This document shows positions 1-10,100 of a DNA stretch of 64,000 bases, piece after piece. Each line of letters begins with the position of its first letter. The stretch's first letter is position 1. Source of the DNA: Lama guanicoe (taxonomy: Eukaryota); NCBI GenBank assembly GCA_013239625.1, contig MU057102.1:1947432-2011431 (forward strand), given 5' to 3'. Position numbers and translations under genes: made by a program. The notes under the pieces are model-generated. The model had not been told where the DNA came from. It searched no databases and worked only from the letters and a program-made list of their open reading frames with translations.

Positions 1-2049
1 GGCTCATCAGCTAAGGCCCAGGGAGGGGAGAGCGAGGGGTGTCAGGACTCCTGGCGGGGGGAGGGGCTGACGGCCCCCAGGACCACAGCCGCCAGCACAG
101 GGCTGGAGGGCGAGGGAGGGCTGGTGAGAGCAGGGCGTGAGACTTTGGAGCTCCCTCCAGCCAAGCACCTGGAAGACGATGACCGCCTGACCGCAGTCCT
201 CGCGCAGCATGAGGACAAAGGAGGTGCTGCTAAGATCACCATCACCGGCAGTGGGCGACCGGAGACACTGGGGACAAGGACGTTAGCTGCCAGGCTCAGA
301 GCAGACGTCCACCCAGAGGAACCACGTGTACCTTCCACTACCCCAGTTCCCTCCGTCCCAGCCCCAGGGCAAGATCCTCCCCCTCTGCCTCCCCTCAAAC
401 CCAGCCCTTGGAGAGGAGACTCGTCTTTCCCTGGGATCCCGGGGCGCTCTGGGGCTAGACAGCGTGGGAAGACCCAGCAAAGGCTTGCTGACCGCTAAGT
501 CCACTGACAGACTCAGAGCTAAGGCACTGACGACCCACTGCCAACTCCCGCAGTGCAGGAGGCCCCCCACCCCCACAGGTGTCCTACAGGGCTGGACAGA
601 GCTTGCCTCTCAACCAGCTCTTCCGGATACTGGCATGAAATCCACCACGGGGGCTGCAAATCACTACTCAGTCCCACCAAGAGGGACAAAGGACACCCTG
701 GGGCTGGTCTTCCGGTGGGGCACCTGTCCCAGAGGCCTGCACAGGCTCCGCCTCACCACCACCCTATCAAGCAACCCCAGCCAGCAGCCATGCCTCGTTT
801 CCAGCAGCAGCTGGCCACAGCCTCTTGGATCAGCATGGGCCTTCTCCACACCTCCGTCTCCACCCTCAGCCTGGCCAGCGCCTCCACTCCCTGCCTGCCA
901 CAGCCCCCTCTGTCCCCACAGCCCCTGCCGCTCCCCTACCAGGCCTCCCTGGAGCTCCCCAGGACTAGGACCCCATGGCACCTGGCACGGAGTCTGGGCG
1001 TGAAAGACTGACCAGCTGAATGAAGGGTGCATGGAGCCCAGGCCACCCTGGAGGGGAAGCTGAGGCCAAGGCAGGAGGTGAGTGTGTCCGAGGCCCAAAG
1101 CAGGCCCTTGTATTGCCACCTCAAGGTGGCAGCTCAGCAGAAGGGATGGAGGAGGGGAGCCCGGAGGGGCACAGGCAGGGGCCCCCCACAACAGCCTCCC
1201 TGGGAAATGACATACATCCCGGGCACCCTGGAGGACTCTCTAGCAGCCCGCACTTGTGAGGCAGCGTGCACTCACACCCCCAGCGTCCCACACAGACCCC
1301 TGGGTGCCTGGGCCGGCTCCAGGGCACCTGTCTCCTGAAGCAGCTGCAGCCACGCAGCCCAGAGCCTCCCAGCTGCGCCCGCACCGCTCACTGCGGCTAC
1401 AGATGCCCAGCGCCAGGCTCCCTGCCGCCTCCTCCCAGCTGGGGGCACTGGCTCTGGTCAGGGAAGTGGGCTGGGGCCATCCTCTCCTCCCAGGACCCAT
1501 CCCCCGACATGAAATGGAGTTCACTTTTCTTAGGCACAGGAGCAACACTCTGTTCCTACCTGGCCACCCAGCCTCAGCTCCATCTGGGATCCACACCGCC
1601 TGGAACACCCATCCTGACTTGGATTCAATGACACAGCTCAGTCCTTGCAAGCGCAGGGAGCCCCAACTTTCTACGGTGCTCCCTGCTGCGTGATGGGGGA
1701 GGGGGCCAGAACGGTCTTCTGTTCTTTTGGCCCTCCGGCCTCCACGGGCCCCTCCAAGCCCCTTCCGGCCTCAGTCTGCCCTTCTGCAAAGGGGGTCCCT
1801 GCCCGGGGATGCGGGTCTGAAATGACCGCTCCCTGGCTGATGAGGGTGCAGGAGGGTCCTACCTCCCGGCGTCCCGGGCAGGCACAGGCCGAGGCCGGAG
1901 CGCTCTCCGGTTACAGCCCTCGGCCCCGGCGCCGCCGGCTATTTCGGGCGAGCTGGCCGCGCTCCGGGCGGGCTGGGCGCAGGAGGCCACCGGCGCCCGC
2001 GCCCCGCACCCCATGCGCCGCGTCCGCGCCGCGCCCCGCGCCCTCTCAC

Positions 2050-2095
2050 CTGCCACCGGCGACGGCTTGCGCAGCACCAGCCACCTACTCTTCCA
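2050..2095 (-). CDS. DOK7: DOK7 exon 2 (46 nt)
   Basis: Acceptor ccccgcag|TGG, WKSRWLVLRKPSPVA, donor CAG|GTGAGA. Confidence 0.96.
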
Positions 2096-2221
2096 CTGCG
2101 GGGACAGAGGGAGCGTGAGCGGCCGCCCGCGCCCCGCGCCCGCCCCGCGCCCGCCGCGCGCCCCGACCTTCTTGCCGTCCCGCAGCTTGACCTGGCCCTC
2201 CACCAGCGCCGCCTCGGTCAT
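2050..2221 (-). CDS. DOK7: DOK7 (docking protein 7), 5' part only: exons 1-2; gene continues beyond the left edge
   Basis: Spliced translation MTEAALVEGQVKLRDGKK|WKSRWLVLRKPSPVA matches the DOK7 N-terminal PH domain; canonical GT-AG sites; syntenic with HGFAC. Confidence 0.97.
2168..2221 (-). CDS. DOK7: DOK7 exon 1 coding part (54 nt)
   Basis: ATG at 2221, MTEAALVEGQVKLRDGKK, donor AAG|GTCGGG. Confidence 0.97.
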
Positions 2222-2613
2222 CTTCTGTCATGGTGCCCGCGCGCCCGCCGCGCCTCTCCCCGCCGCCCCGCGGCCACCCGGCCTAGGGTCACTTTCAGAC
2301 TAGATGAGCCTCCCCACCGCCCATCCCACCCCGCCACGGGCAAAGCACAGCCTGGGGCGCCGGCACTGCTCGTCCCAGTGGCCGGGAGGTCGTGGGGGCA
2401 GGTGCTTCCCTCCCAAACGCGAAGGAAACAACCGACGGAAACTGAGGGCATCCGTGTGGGGGCGCGTCCCAACTTCAAAGCGTGTCTGCAGCCAAGTTGG
2501 TTTCACCCTCTGGCACCTGTCCCTCCCACCACCCCTGAGCTGTCTGTCAGACACCACTGACAACAGACTGATGGCGATCCGACCCTGGCCGGACCCTGCC
2601 GACCCCCAGCCCC

Positions 2614-2679
2614 NNNNNNNNNNNNNNNNNNNNNNNNNNNNNNNNNNNNNNNNNNNNNNNNNNNNNNNNNNNNNNNNNN
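2614..2679. other. Assembly gap (66 N) upstream of DOK7
   Basis: Run of N. Confidence 0.99.
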
Positions 2680-3924
2680 ACACCCCCCTCCCCAGGAAGG
2701 GTGCTGGAGGGGGGTCCACTCATGTCCCCAGGAAGCAGGGACCCCAGTGCAGGTTGCTGCTGGGTGGAGAATGGGACCCAGGACCCCTGCACACCATGGT
2801 GCCTGCGTCTCCGTGTCTGATGCCCCTCCCTCCAGGGCTGAGCGCTAGCTGACCCTCCAAGTGAGGATGGCTGCTCTGTAAAGGTCCCACCGGAGCCCCC
2901 GGAGCAGGGCTGGAGTGGGGGCGCTGAGCTTCTGGGCCTCCCCAGCTCCTCCTTGTAGCTCCAGCCCAGCTGCCTGGATTCTTTTGGAGCCCAGGTGGTT
3001 TGGGGGACCCAGCAGGTACACATCTCGGACTTCAGCCGCCGTCTCTAAGACAGCTTCCAACACTCACTCCTTCAGGGAGCCCAACAAGATGAGGAAAGCG
3101 GGGAGAAGTGACGCACCCCACTTGAGAGCCACCCTCACGGGGCTGACTCTGCGGCTGGGAGGAGAGGGGAGGGCTAAGCGGGGTCCTGCTCCCCAGAAAC
3201 CCTGGTCGGGCATGTGTGTGTCTCCATCTGGTCCTGATCTTGCTTCTCACAGAGCAGGAACCAACGCTTAGAGCTGTGGGAACCTCCAGAACTGACCCAC
3301 AGCTGCTGTGCCCAGGGCCAGGCAAGGAGCTGTGGGGGCAGGCGGAGCCACCGTCCTGGGCACCTCCTCCCCACAGTCCCCGGGGATCTGAGAGGACAGG
3401 TCCCTGGTGGGCAGCAAGCTTGGTGCTGACGCCCTGGGGTCCTGCCAGGGCCAAACGCACAACAGGATCACGCTGGGCCCCCGGGAGCAGCTCTGTGATC
3501 CCTCCTCTACCCCCTCCCCCGGCGTCACCTGCGCCACCAGCAGCCGCCTTCCTCTGAGCAGTTGCCTGGCCACAGAGCCCCATTCATGCTCCCCACACAT
3601 CTCAGGCCCCCAGGGGCTGGCCCAGGACAGCCGGCGTGGAGCTGAGCGGCGGCTGGGGGCTGTGGCCACCAACACATCTGCTGCCCCGGGCGCCTGGCAC
3701 TTGGTCAGCCCTGCAGGGAGAGGCAGTGCCCTGCTGCATTCCCGAGTGACTGCTGGCCCTACCCCGGCTCCTGCCACGCTCGGCAGCTGCACCTGCTCCC
3801 GCACCAGCCCCGAAAATGCAGGCGCTGCAGGATGGACAGCACCCCTCCCCCGCCCCCCAGAGGCTGGGCGATCTTCCGGCCCCTGGGTGGGCTCCAGGCC
3901 TCTCTACTAAGTTCCTGCTGTCCA

Positions 3925-4275
3925 CCAAATATTTGTTTCTCCACTCCCTCCCCAAAGTCATGTGGAAGCCCAGCCCCCAGTGGGTTAGTATTATGAGGTG
4001 GGGCCTTTGGGAGGTGATCAGGTCATGAGAGCAGTGTCCCCATGACTGGATTAGCGTCCTTGTAAGAAGAGACATGAGGGATGTGCTCTCCCCACCACTG
4101 AGGACACAGCAAGAAGGCAGTCGTCTGCACACCTGGAAGAGAGCTCTCACCAGGCCCCGACCGTGCTGGCGCCCTGATCTCTGACTTCCAGCTTCCAGAG
4201 CTGTGAGAAGCAAATCTCAATGTTGTTTCAGTCTGGCAGTCTATGGTCTGTTTGTTACAGCAGCCAGAGCCTGCT
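3925..4275 (+). mobile_element. MaLR solo LTR, MLT1A-like
   Basis: Hallmark blocks: GGTGGGGCCTTTGGGAGGTGATCAGGTCATGAG, GATTAGCGTCCTTGTAAGAAGAGAC, GCAAGAAGGCAGTCGTCTGC, CTGATCTCTGACTTCCAGCTTCCAGAGCTGTGAGA, TTTGTTACAGCAGCC; boundaries approximate. Confidence 0.85.
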
Positions 4276-6879
4276 CAGTTTCCCCGGCTGCTGTAGCCCG
4301 AGTTACTGGTTGCAAGTAGCAGAAACTGACTCTGGCCACTGAAGTGGGAAGGAATTTGCCGGGAGAAGGTCAGGCCTCTGGAAGAACCCAAGGGAGGCTG
4401 GAGATCCAGTGGGAGCTGCAGAGGCAGGGCTGCAGGGAAGCACAGCCTCATCGCTGAGACTGGACGCTGCCCAGCCCTGCACCACTGCGCGGCTGGTCTC
4501 CGTGGGCGTGGGGCGGCTGCCTGCCTCCAAGGAGCCCAAGCCCATGGGTCAGAGCTGTACCACCGGCCGATACACAGCCACAGGCACTGCTGCTGGGCAT
4601 CAGGGCCAGGGACGCTGCCACCACTAGCAGACCCCGTGGCCACAGGGTGCTGTCACCCCATCACTGGCCCTGTGGCCACGGGACCTGCCACCATACCCTA
4701 ACCCCTGCCCAAGTGAACTTGAACAGTCACACGACTTTTCTAGCCTCAGTTTCCTTTTCCAGCCCGATGCTGTGATGATCAGGTGAGCAGGTGTGTGTGA
4801 GGGCAGTTTGATACATTTCGGATGAGATGACACAAGAAGGCTTCTGACAATAACTGTGAAAATGGAGACAAATAAATTCATAAAAGTGTAACTTCTGGGC
4901 CCGGGGAGGGCAGTGTGGGAGGAATCTGAAGACGCAAATAGAAGGCAGCTGGCTGCCACTGATTCAGCACGGCTCGCTCCAGGAATGCCAGGTTGGCTCG
5001 ACGTCAGACAGTCTATAACCGCAGTCACCTCTAACAGATCCACACTCAACACCCACAGGGCAGGGGTCCGGGAGGGCTCACACCGGGCAAAGGCTGCAGC
5101 GGGGCTGAAGCAGCGCAGCTCCCGGAGGCCAAGAACAGGCGCTCAGAGCCCGAATTCCCGAGCGGGAGCTGTCCCGCCCGCCATCCTCCTGCGGCGTGGG
5201 CACCAGCGTCTGTCGCCCTGGCTGCGGTCAACGTGGGGCGAGCCCCAGTCTGCTTCAGGGTTCTGAGCCCCACCTACGGCACTTGGGGCAACGGGCACAC
5301 ACACTGTTGCCCTCCCAGCACCCTGCTCTCTTCCTCCGGCTTTGCTGGGGGCACCACACGTCCCTGGTGATTTGTCTGATTCTGTCACAGCAATCCTGTC
5401 CCCCCGTCCCCAGCCTCCTCTGCTGTGAGGTGTGGCCCTGTGACCCAACGCAGGCCAACGAGAGCTACATGCCAATCTGCTGGAGAAGAGGGCTCTACGG
5501 AGACGCTTCCTCTCCTGACAAAGGGACGAGTGTCAACGGCAAACCAATGACAGCACGTGGCTGAGCGCGGGACTCCCCGCTACGTGATGGAAACAAAGCT
5601 CTCCCGCCCCAGCCACATCAGGCAGGCTCCGAACACAGCCCTGAGACCGGGCCGAGAGCTGCGTGACGGTGGAGAGTGATGCGGGGAAGGTGCATCCCAG
5701 TGGCTGAGTGAAGAGGAGGAGCAGTGTGGCTGAGAACACTCTCAGCAGCAGAGGGAGCCGCGTGAGCAAGGGCCTGGTCAGCTTCAGCAACACCAGGAGA
5801 CCGGAGCGGCCGGGGCATAGTCCAGGAACAGGGTGGGCAGAAGAGGGGCTGCAAGCAGGTGGAGTCAGACCGAACAGAGATGAGGGGAGGCTCCAAGGTC
5901 GGGGGTGGGGGGAAGGAACATGGAGAAACCCTGGCATGTCACCCAGGAGAGGTGGCAAGACCTGGTCCAGGTGGGGGCTGTGGAGATACAGGAGAGAAGG
6001 AGGCCTGTGGGTCCAGAGGCAGGAGAGGTGAATGCAGACTGAGGAGAAGGACCCCTGCCCTTGGGGCTGCTCTGGGCAGAGGGCCCATCCTGCAGTGGGA
6101 AGGGTGGCACTGGGACACACTGAATGCCACCTTCTTCCTGCCTGTCCCAGAGACCAGAGCTCCCAGCTCCCAAGGCACCCAGTTCTGGGCGCCCCTCTGC
6201 CCTGCCTCTTTTCCTGACTGCAAATGTCATCACATCTTCACCCTGCTGTCCCATCAGGGACCCTTAGGACACCCCCAGCACCTCACTGCTGCCCATCACC
6301 CCCCACCATCCCACCCTCTTTGGCCTCAGCCACACTTCTCTATTTTGAGCAAATAAGCCACCACCAGCCCCTGCCTCAGGACCTTTGCATATGCTGCTCC
6401 TGCTGCCTTGAGATTGTGGGCCCTCTGGGCACTTCAGATTCCTTCCCCAAAAGGTCCTGTCTGGTGCAACCCATCACCCTCCATTCCCCTGCTCTCCTTC
6501 AGTTTCACCTCCTAGAAAACATGGCTGAGGCCAGGCTGCCTTCTTGAAGCAAAATGCTGGCCAGGGGTGTTTCCAAGAAACCTGTCTTAAGTTTTAACAT
6601 CCCCTGCCCTGGGACACCCCAGTGTGCCTGGACCTGAGCCCCACTTGCCTGGGGGAGGGCCTGAGAGGGGTCGGGCTGGAGACAGTTCCTACTCTGGACA
6701 GAGTCCAGATTGGAGCCCCTGCCCTAACTCCCCAGGTCGGGTGGCAGGCTCCCTTCCCCACAGAGGAAGGGCAGCTGGGGTGCTGGCTCCGGGTCCCCAG
6801 CCCTGAGGCCACGTCATCTACAAAGTTGGGCTGAGCTAGGGGCAGCGGGACAGGCAGTGTGGGGGGTCTTGGAAACAGC

Positions 6880-6885
6880 TTTATT
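6880..6885 (-). terminator. HGFAC polyadenylation signal AATAAA
   Basis: tttatt on + strand, about 47 nt past the HGFAC stop codon. Confidence 0.85.
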
Positions 6886-6932
6886 GCCAGTGAGGAGGAA
6901 ACAGCATGGAGGCAGGATGCTCCCGGGGGGTC

Positions 6933-7115
6933 TCAGGAGGGATTCACAGGCCGCTTAGGGGGCCGAATCCGGTCATTGATCCAGTCCACATAGTTGGCCA
7001 CGCGGGTGTAGACGCCCGGTTTGTTGAGCCGCCCGCAGCCGTCACCCCAGCTGATGACACCGTACAGGTAGGACACACCATTCTTCTCACAGGCCAGGGG
7101 CCCGCCCGAGTCCCC
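6933..7115 (-). CDS. HGFAC: HGFAC exon 14 (GDSGGP...RPVNPS*)
   Basis: Acceptor tgcag|GGG; catalytic Ser motif; TGA at 6933-6935. Confidence 0.97.
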   Translation of the reverse strand, partial: GDSGGPLACEKNGVSYLYGVISWGDGCGRLNKPGVYTRVANYVDWINDRIRPPKRPVNPS

Positions 7116-10100
7116 CTGCACAGTGGCTAGTCAGAGCGGGGCCAGCTCCTCAACACTCCCGAATGGTCCCTGCCCCCTCGCCCCAGCCTCCCTCACCCCG
7201 ACCCCGAAAATGCCCCCAGAGGAGTCAAGGGCGCAGAAGAGTCAGACGCTCCCCTGTGACAGACTCCCTGGCAGCTGACAAGGTGGCTTCCTGACAGCTT
7301 GGGGGACAGATGACACAGGTATTCCAAGGAAGTGGCCTGCCCCACCTTCCCCCAGCCTCATAGACAGGAAGTCCTCCCATTCCCAGGATGCTGTGACAGC
7401 GTCTGACCAGTCATTCCCATTTCTAAAGTCCTGCGGTGGCTCCCTCCTGCTTCCATGACCAGCAACGTCTTCCTCAGTCTGGCTCCCCTCACCACCCAGC
7501 AGCATGCACCCCACAGAGACGAGGTGGCCCTGGGTTCCAGCACAGGCTACTTACTCTCCACTTGAAATGCTCTCCTCAGCCCCTGGGACACTATTCACCC
7601 CTCAGGACACGTGCAAACGCCTCCTCCTCTGTGAAGCCATCCTTGACTTCCCCCCAAGGGCACTTGCTGTACCACGTGGTTCAAGGGGTGGGGTGTACCC
7701 TACTCCTTGCCACTTCTGGGCTGTATGACCTGGGAAGAGTGAGCAGACCCCTCTGGGCCTGGCCTCAGTTTCCCCACCTATAAGATGGGGAGTAAAGCAG
7801 CTTCTCTCTCTCAGCATTGACATGCAGCCCCTGGAGGAGTGCTTGATAAATGAGCTGCTGGGATCAGCTGATCGACTAAGCGCGCTTGGAAGAACCCTGG
7901 GAGAAAAGAGATTAGGCCTTGACGTCGCGTGGCTGGGCAGCTGGGGCCTGCCTGCTGTTTGTGACCTGGCCATCCCTGGCCTCACTCCCAGTCCCTGTGA
8001 GCAGGGCCTCCAGCAGCGACCGAGTGGCCTCCAGCAGCAGTGAGCGCCCATTCTGGGGGGTGGCCACCAACAGGAAGGTGGGCTTTCTGCCCTGACCCCT
8101 GTCTGGCCCTACAGGTCCTGTCCCTCTGGGCCCTGAGCAACCCAGGGGCAGGCTGTCCCAGCTCACCTGGCAGGCATCCGACCTGCAGTCGAAGTATCCG
8201 GCGCACAGCATGTTGGGGCTGATGTCTGCCCCATATACTTCAGGGCTGCTGCACTTGTGGTCAGCGACCAAGGGGACCAGCGCCTCCCGCAGCGAGCTGG
8301 AGTAGCCGCTCACGTCTGCTGACACAGTGCTCTCAGGCTGGGTGAGGCTCACGGGTGCTGGGCCTGCTCCCCTGGGCGTGATGCCAGCCCCCTGCCCCAG
8401 ACCCACTCACTCTCATCCTGGTGGCCCCAGCCTGCAATCTGGCACTTGTGTCCAGCCGGGAAGGAGCTGCCGGGCTCAGGGAGGCAGATGGGCTGGACGA
8501 ACTGGGAACGGACAGCACAGCGTTCCCCCTTCTTCTCCAGCCGGATCAGGACTGGGTGGGAGAGAGGCCGGAGGTCAGCCTGTGTCATGGGGGCCCAGGA
8601 GGACAGAGGGTGGCCATCGAGTCACATGGGGGTGCAGCCCCGCTGGGCAGAGGGCTATGGCCTAGGAGGCCCAGGAGGGAACCAGAGGACTGGCCAAGGG
8701 CTCAGCAAGGCTGGTAGGCCAGGACTTCCCCTGGCCAGGCCAAGATTGCTCTGTCACACGGGGCACCCTTGCTGTCCAAACCCGTGCTGTCCTCCTCCCT
8801 GCCTTCCTCCATCCTCCCCTGCACCCTTCCCTCCACCCTCCTCCCTCTCCTCCCTGCTCTGTCTCTTCTTCCCCTCCCTCTCCCTCTATCAGGCCCCTTT
8901 AGGGTCTGAGGACTCTTCTGGGCCTGCCTGGTGCCCACTCCCAGCCTCTTTCGTGGCTCCGCCCCAGTGTGCACAGAGCACACATCCGCGCCCTGCTGCA
9001 CCGCACCGCGTTCCGAGTCTCACCAAGGTCATGGTCACTGGGGTTGAACACTGAGTACAGGGGGTATGGGATGTACTTCTCTATGCCAAACGTCTGTGTC
9101 ACGTCAGTCGTGTGGTTGAAGAAGTGTTGGCCCAGGACCACGGAGATGCTGTCCCTGGGGGGGCTGTGCAGGGGCGCTGGTGGCTGCATGGCCCGGCCAT
9201 CCCCTCCGGCCCCTGAGGTCAGCTCGCCCCTTACCCATGGTGGCGGAGCATCCAGAAGACAACCCCAGGTGGGAGATGCCGTGCAGGACCCTCCCTCTCA
9301 GCCCCAGCCCCGGGAGAGACCTGAGCAGGGGTTGGGGCATGGGCCGGAGTGTGATGGGGAGCAGTGGGCTAGGGCCACACCCTTAATCCGGGGCAGCACC
9401 ACCTCCAACACAACAACAAGTGAATTAATAACCTGGGGCCCTCATGCAGGTCCAGGAGCACGCCCTCCTGTGAAGTCACCTGGGTGTCCAGGAGCCTGGG
9501 CCCTTCCCTCACCCTCCACCTGCCCATGAAGGCCCTGGTCCATCCACTTCCACCAGCCCTGCTTGGCCCAGACCTGGGACCAGTATGCTGGGGTCCGGCC
9601 CAAAGGGAGTGGGTACTCCGACCCAGCTTGGCCTCTCCCCAGCCCATCCCTGGAAGTGGGGAGAGGATGCCTGCTCCCCTCCTCCAGCCTCTTAACCACC
9701 CCACTCCCATTCCACACTGTGAGGTCGCAGTAGGTCCCATTTCACAGCCGAGTGGGAGCGTGCTGCAGGTCACACAATGGTCAGCACAGGGCAGCACTTG
9801 TGGTGGCTGCCACCCCCTCCCCCGCCCCCAAGCTGTAGTCTCTCAGTGATTGATGGGGCTCACTGTCGGGCTCCTCCGTCCTTCCGGAGCCCTGATCCCT
9901 GGGATGCCACTGTCAGGCCCATCCCCTCCCACCGAAGCACCCCCAACTCCGGGGAGCCCTCCCCCGGCAGAGCCTTGCTCCCATCACTGCGGTAGGAGCG
10001 AGGGATGGGCTGGCCTGTCCTGCTCTGAGCCCGTTGGCCCTGGCCCTCGGGTTGTGGTGGCGGTCCTCGCAACCCTGACCCCTCCCCCAGCTGCTAGCCC

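Larger units (their letters stand above)
1850..2480. promoter_or_regulatory. CpG island / GC-box promoter of DOK7
   Basis: Very dense CpG and CCCGCC/CCCCGC boxes spanning exons 1-2 and upstream sequence; boundaries approximate. Confidence 0.85.

Noticed and set aside
2579-2613. GACCCTGCCGACCCC motif shared with about 11647-11661
   Set aside because: A 15-nt low-complexity match next to a gap; plausibly chance.
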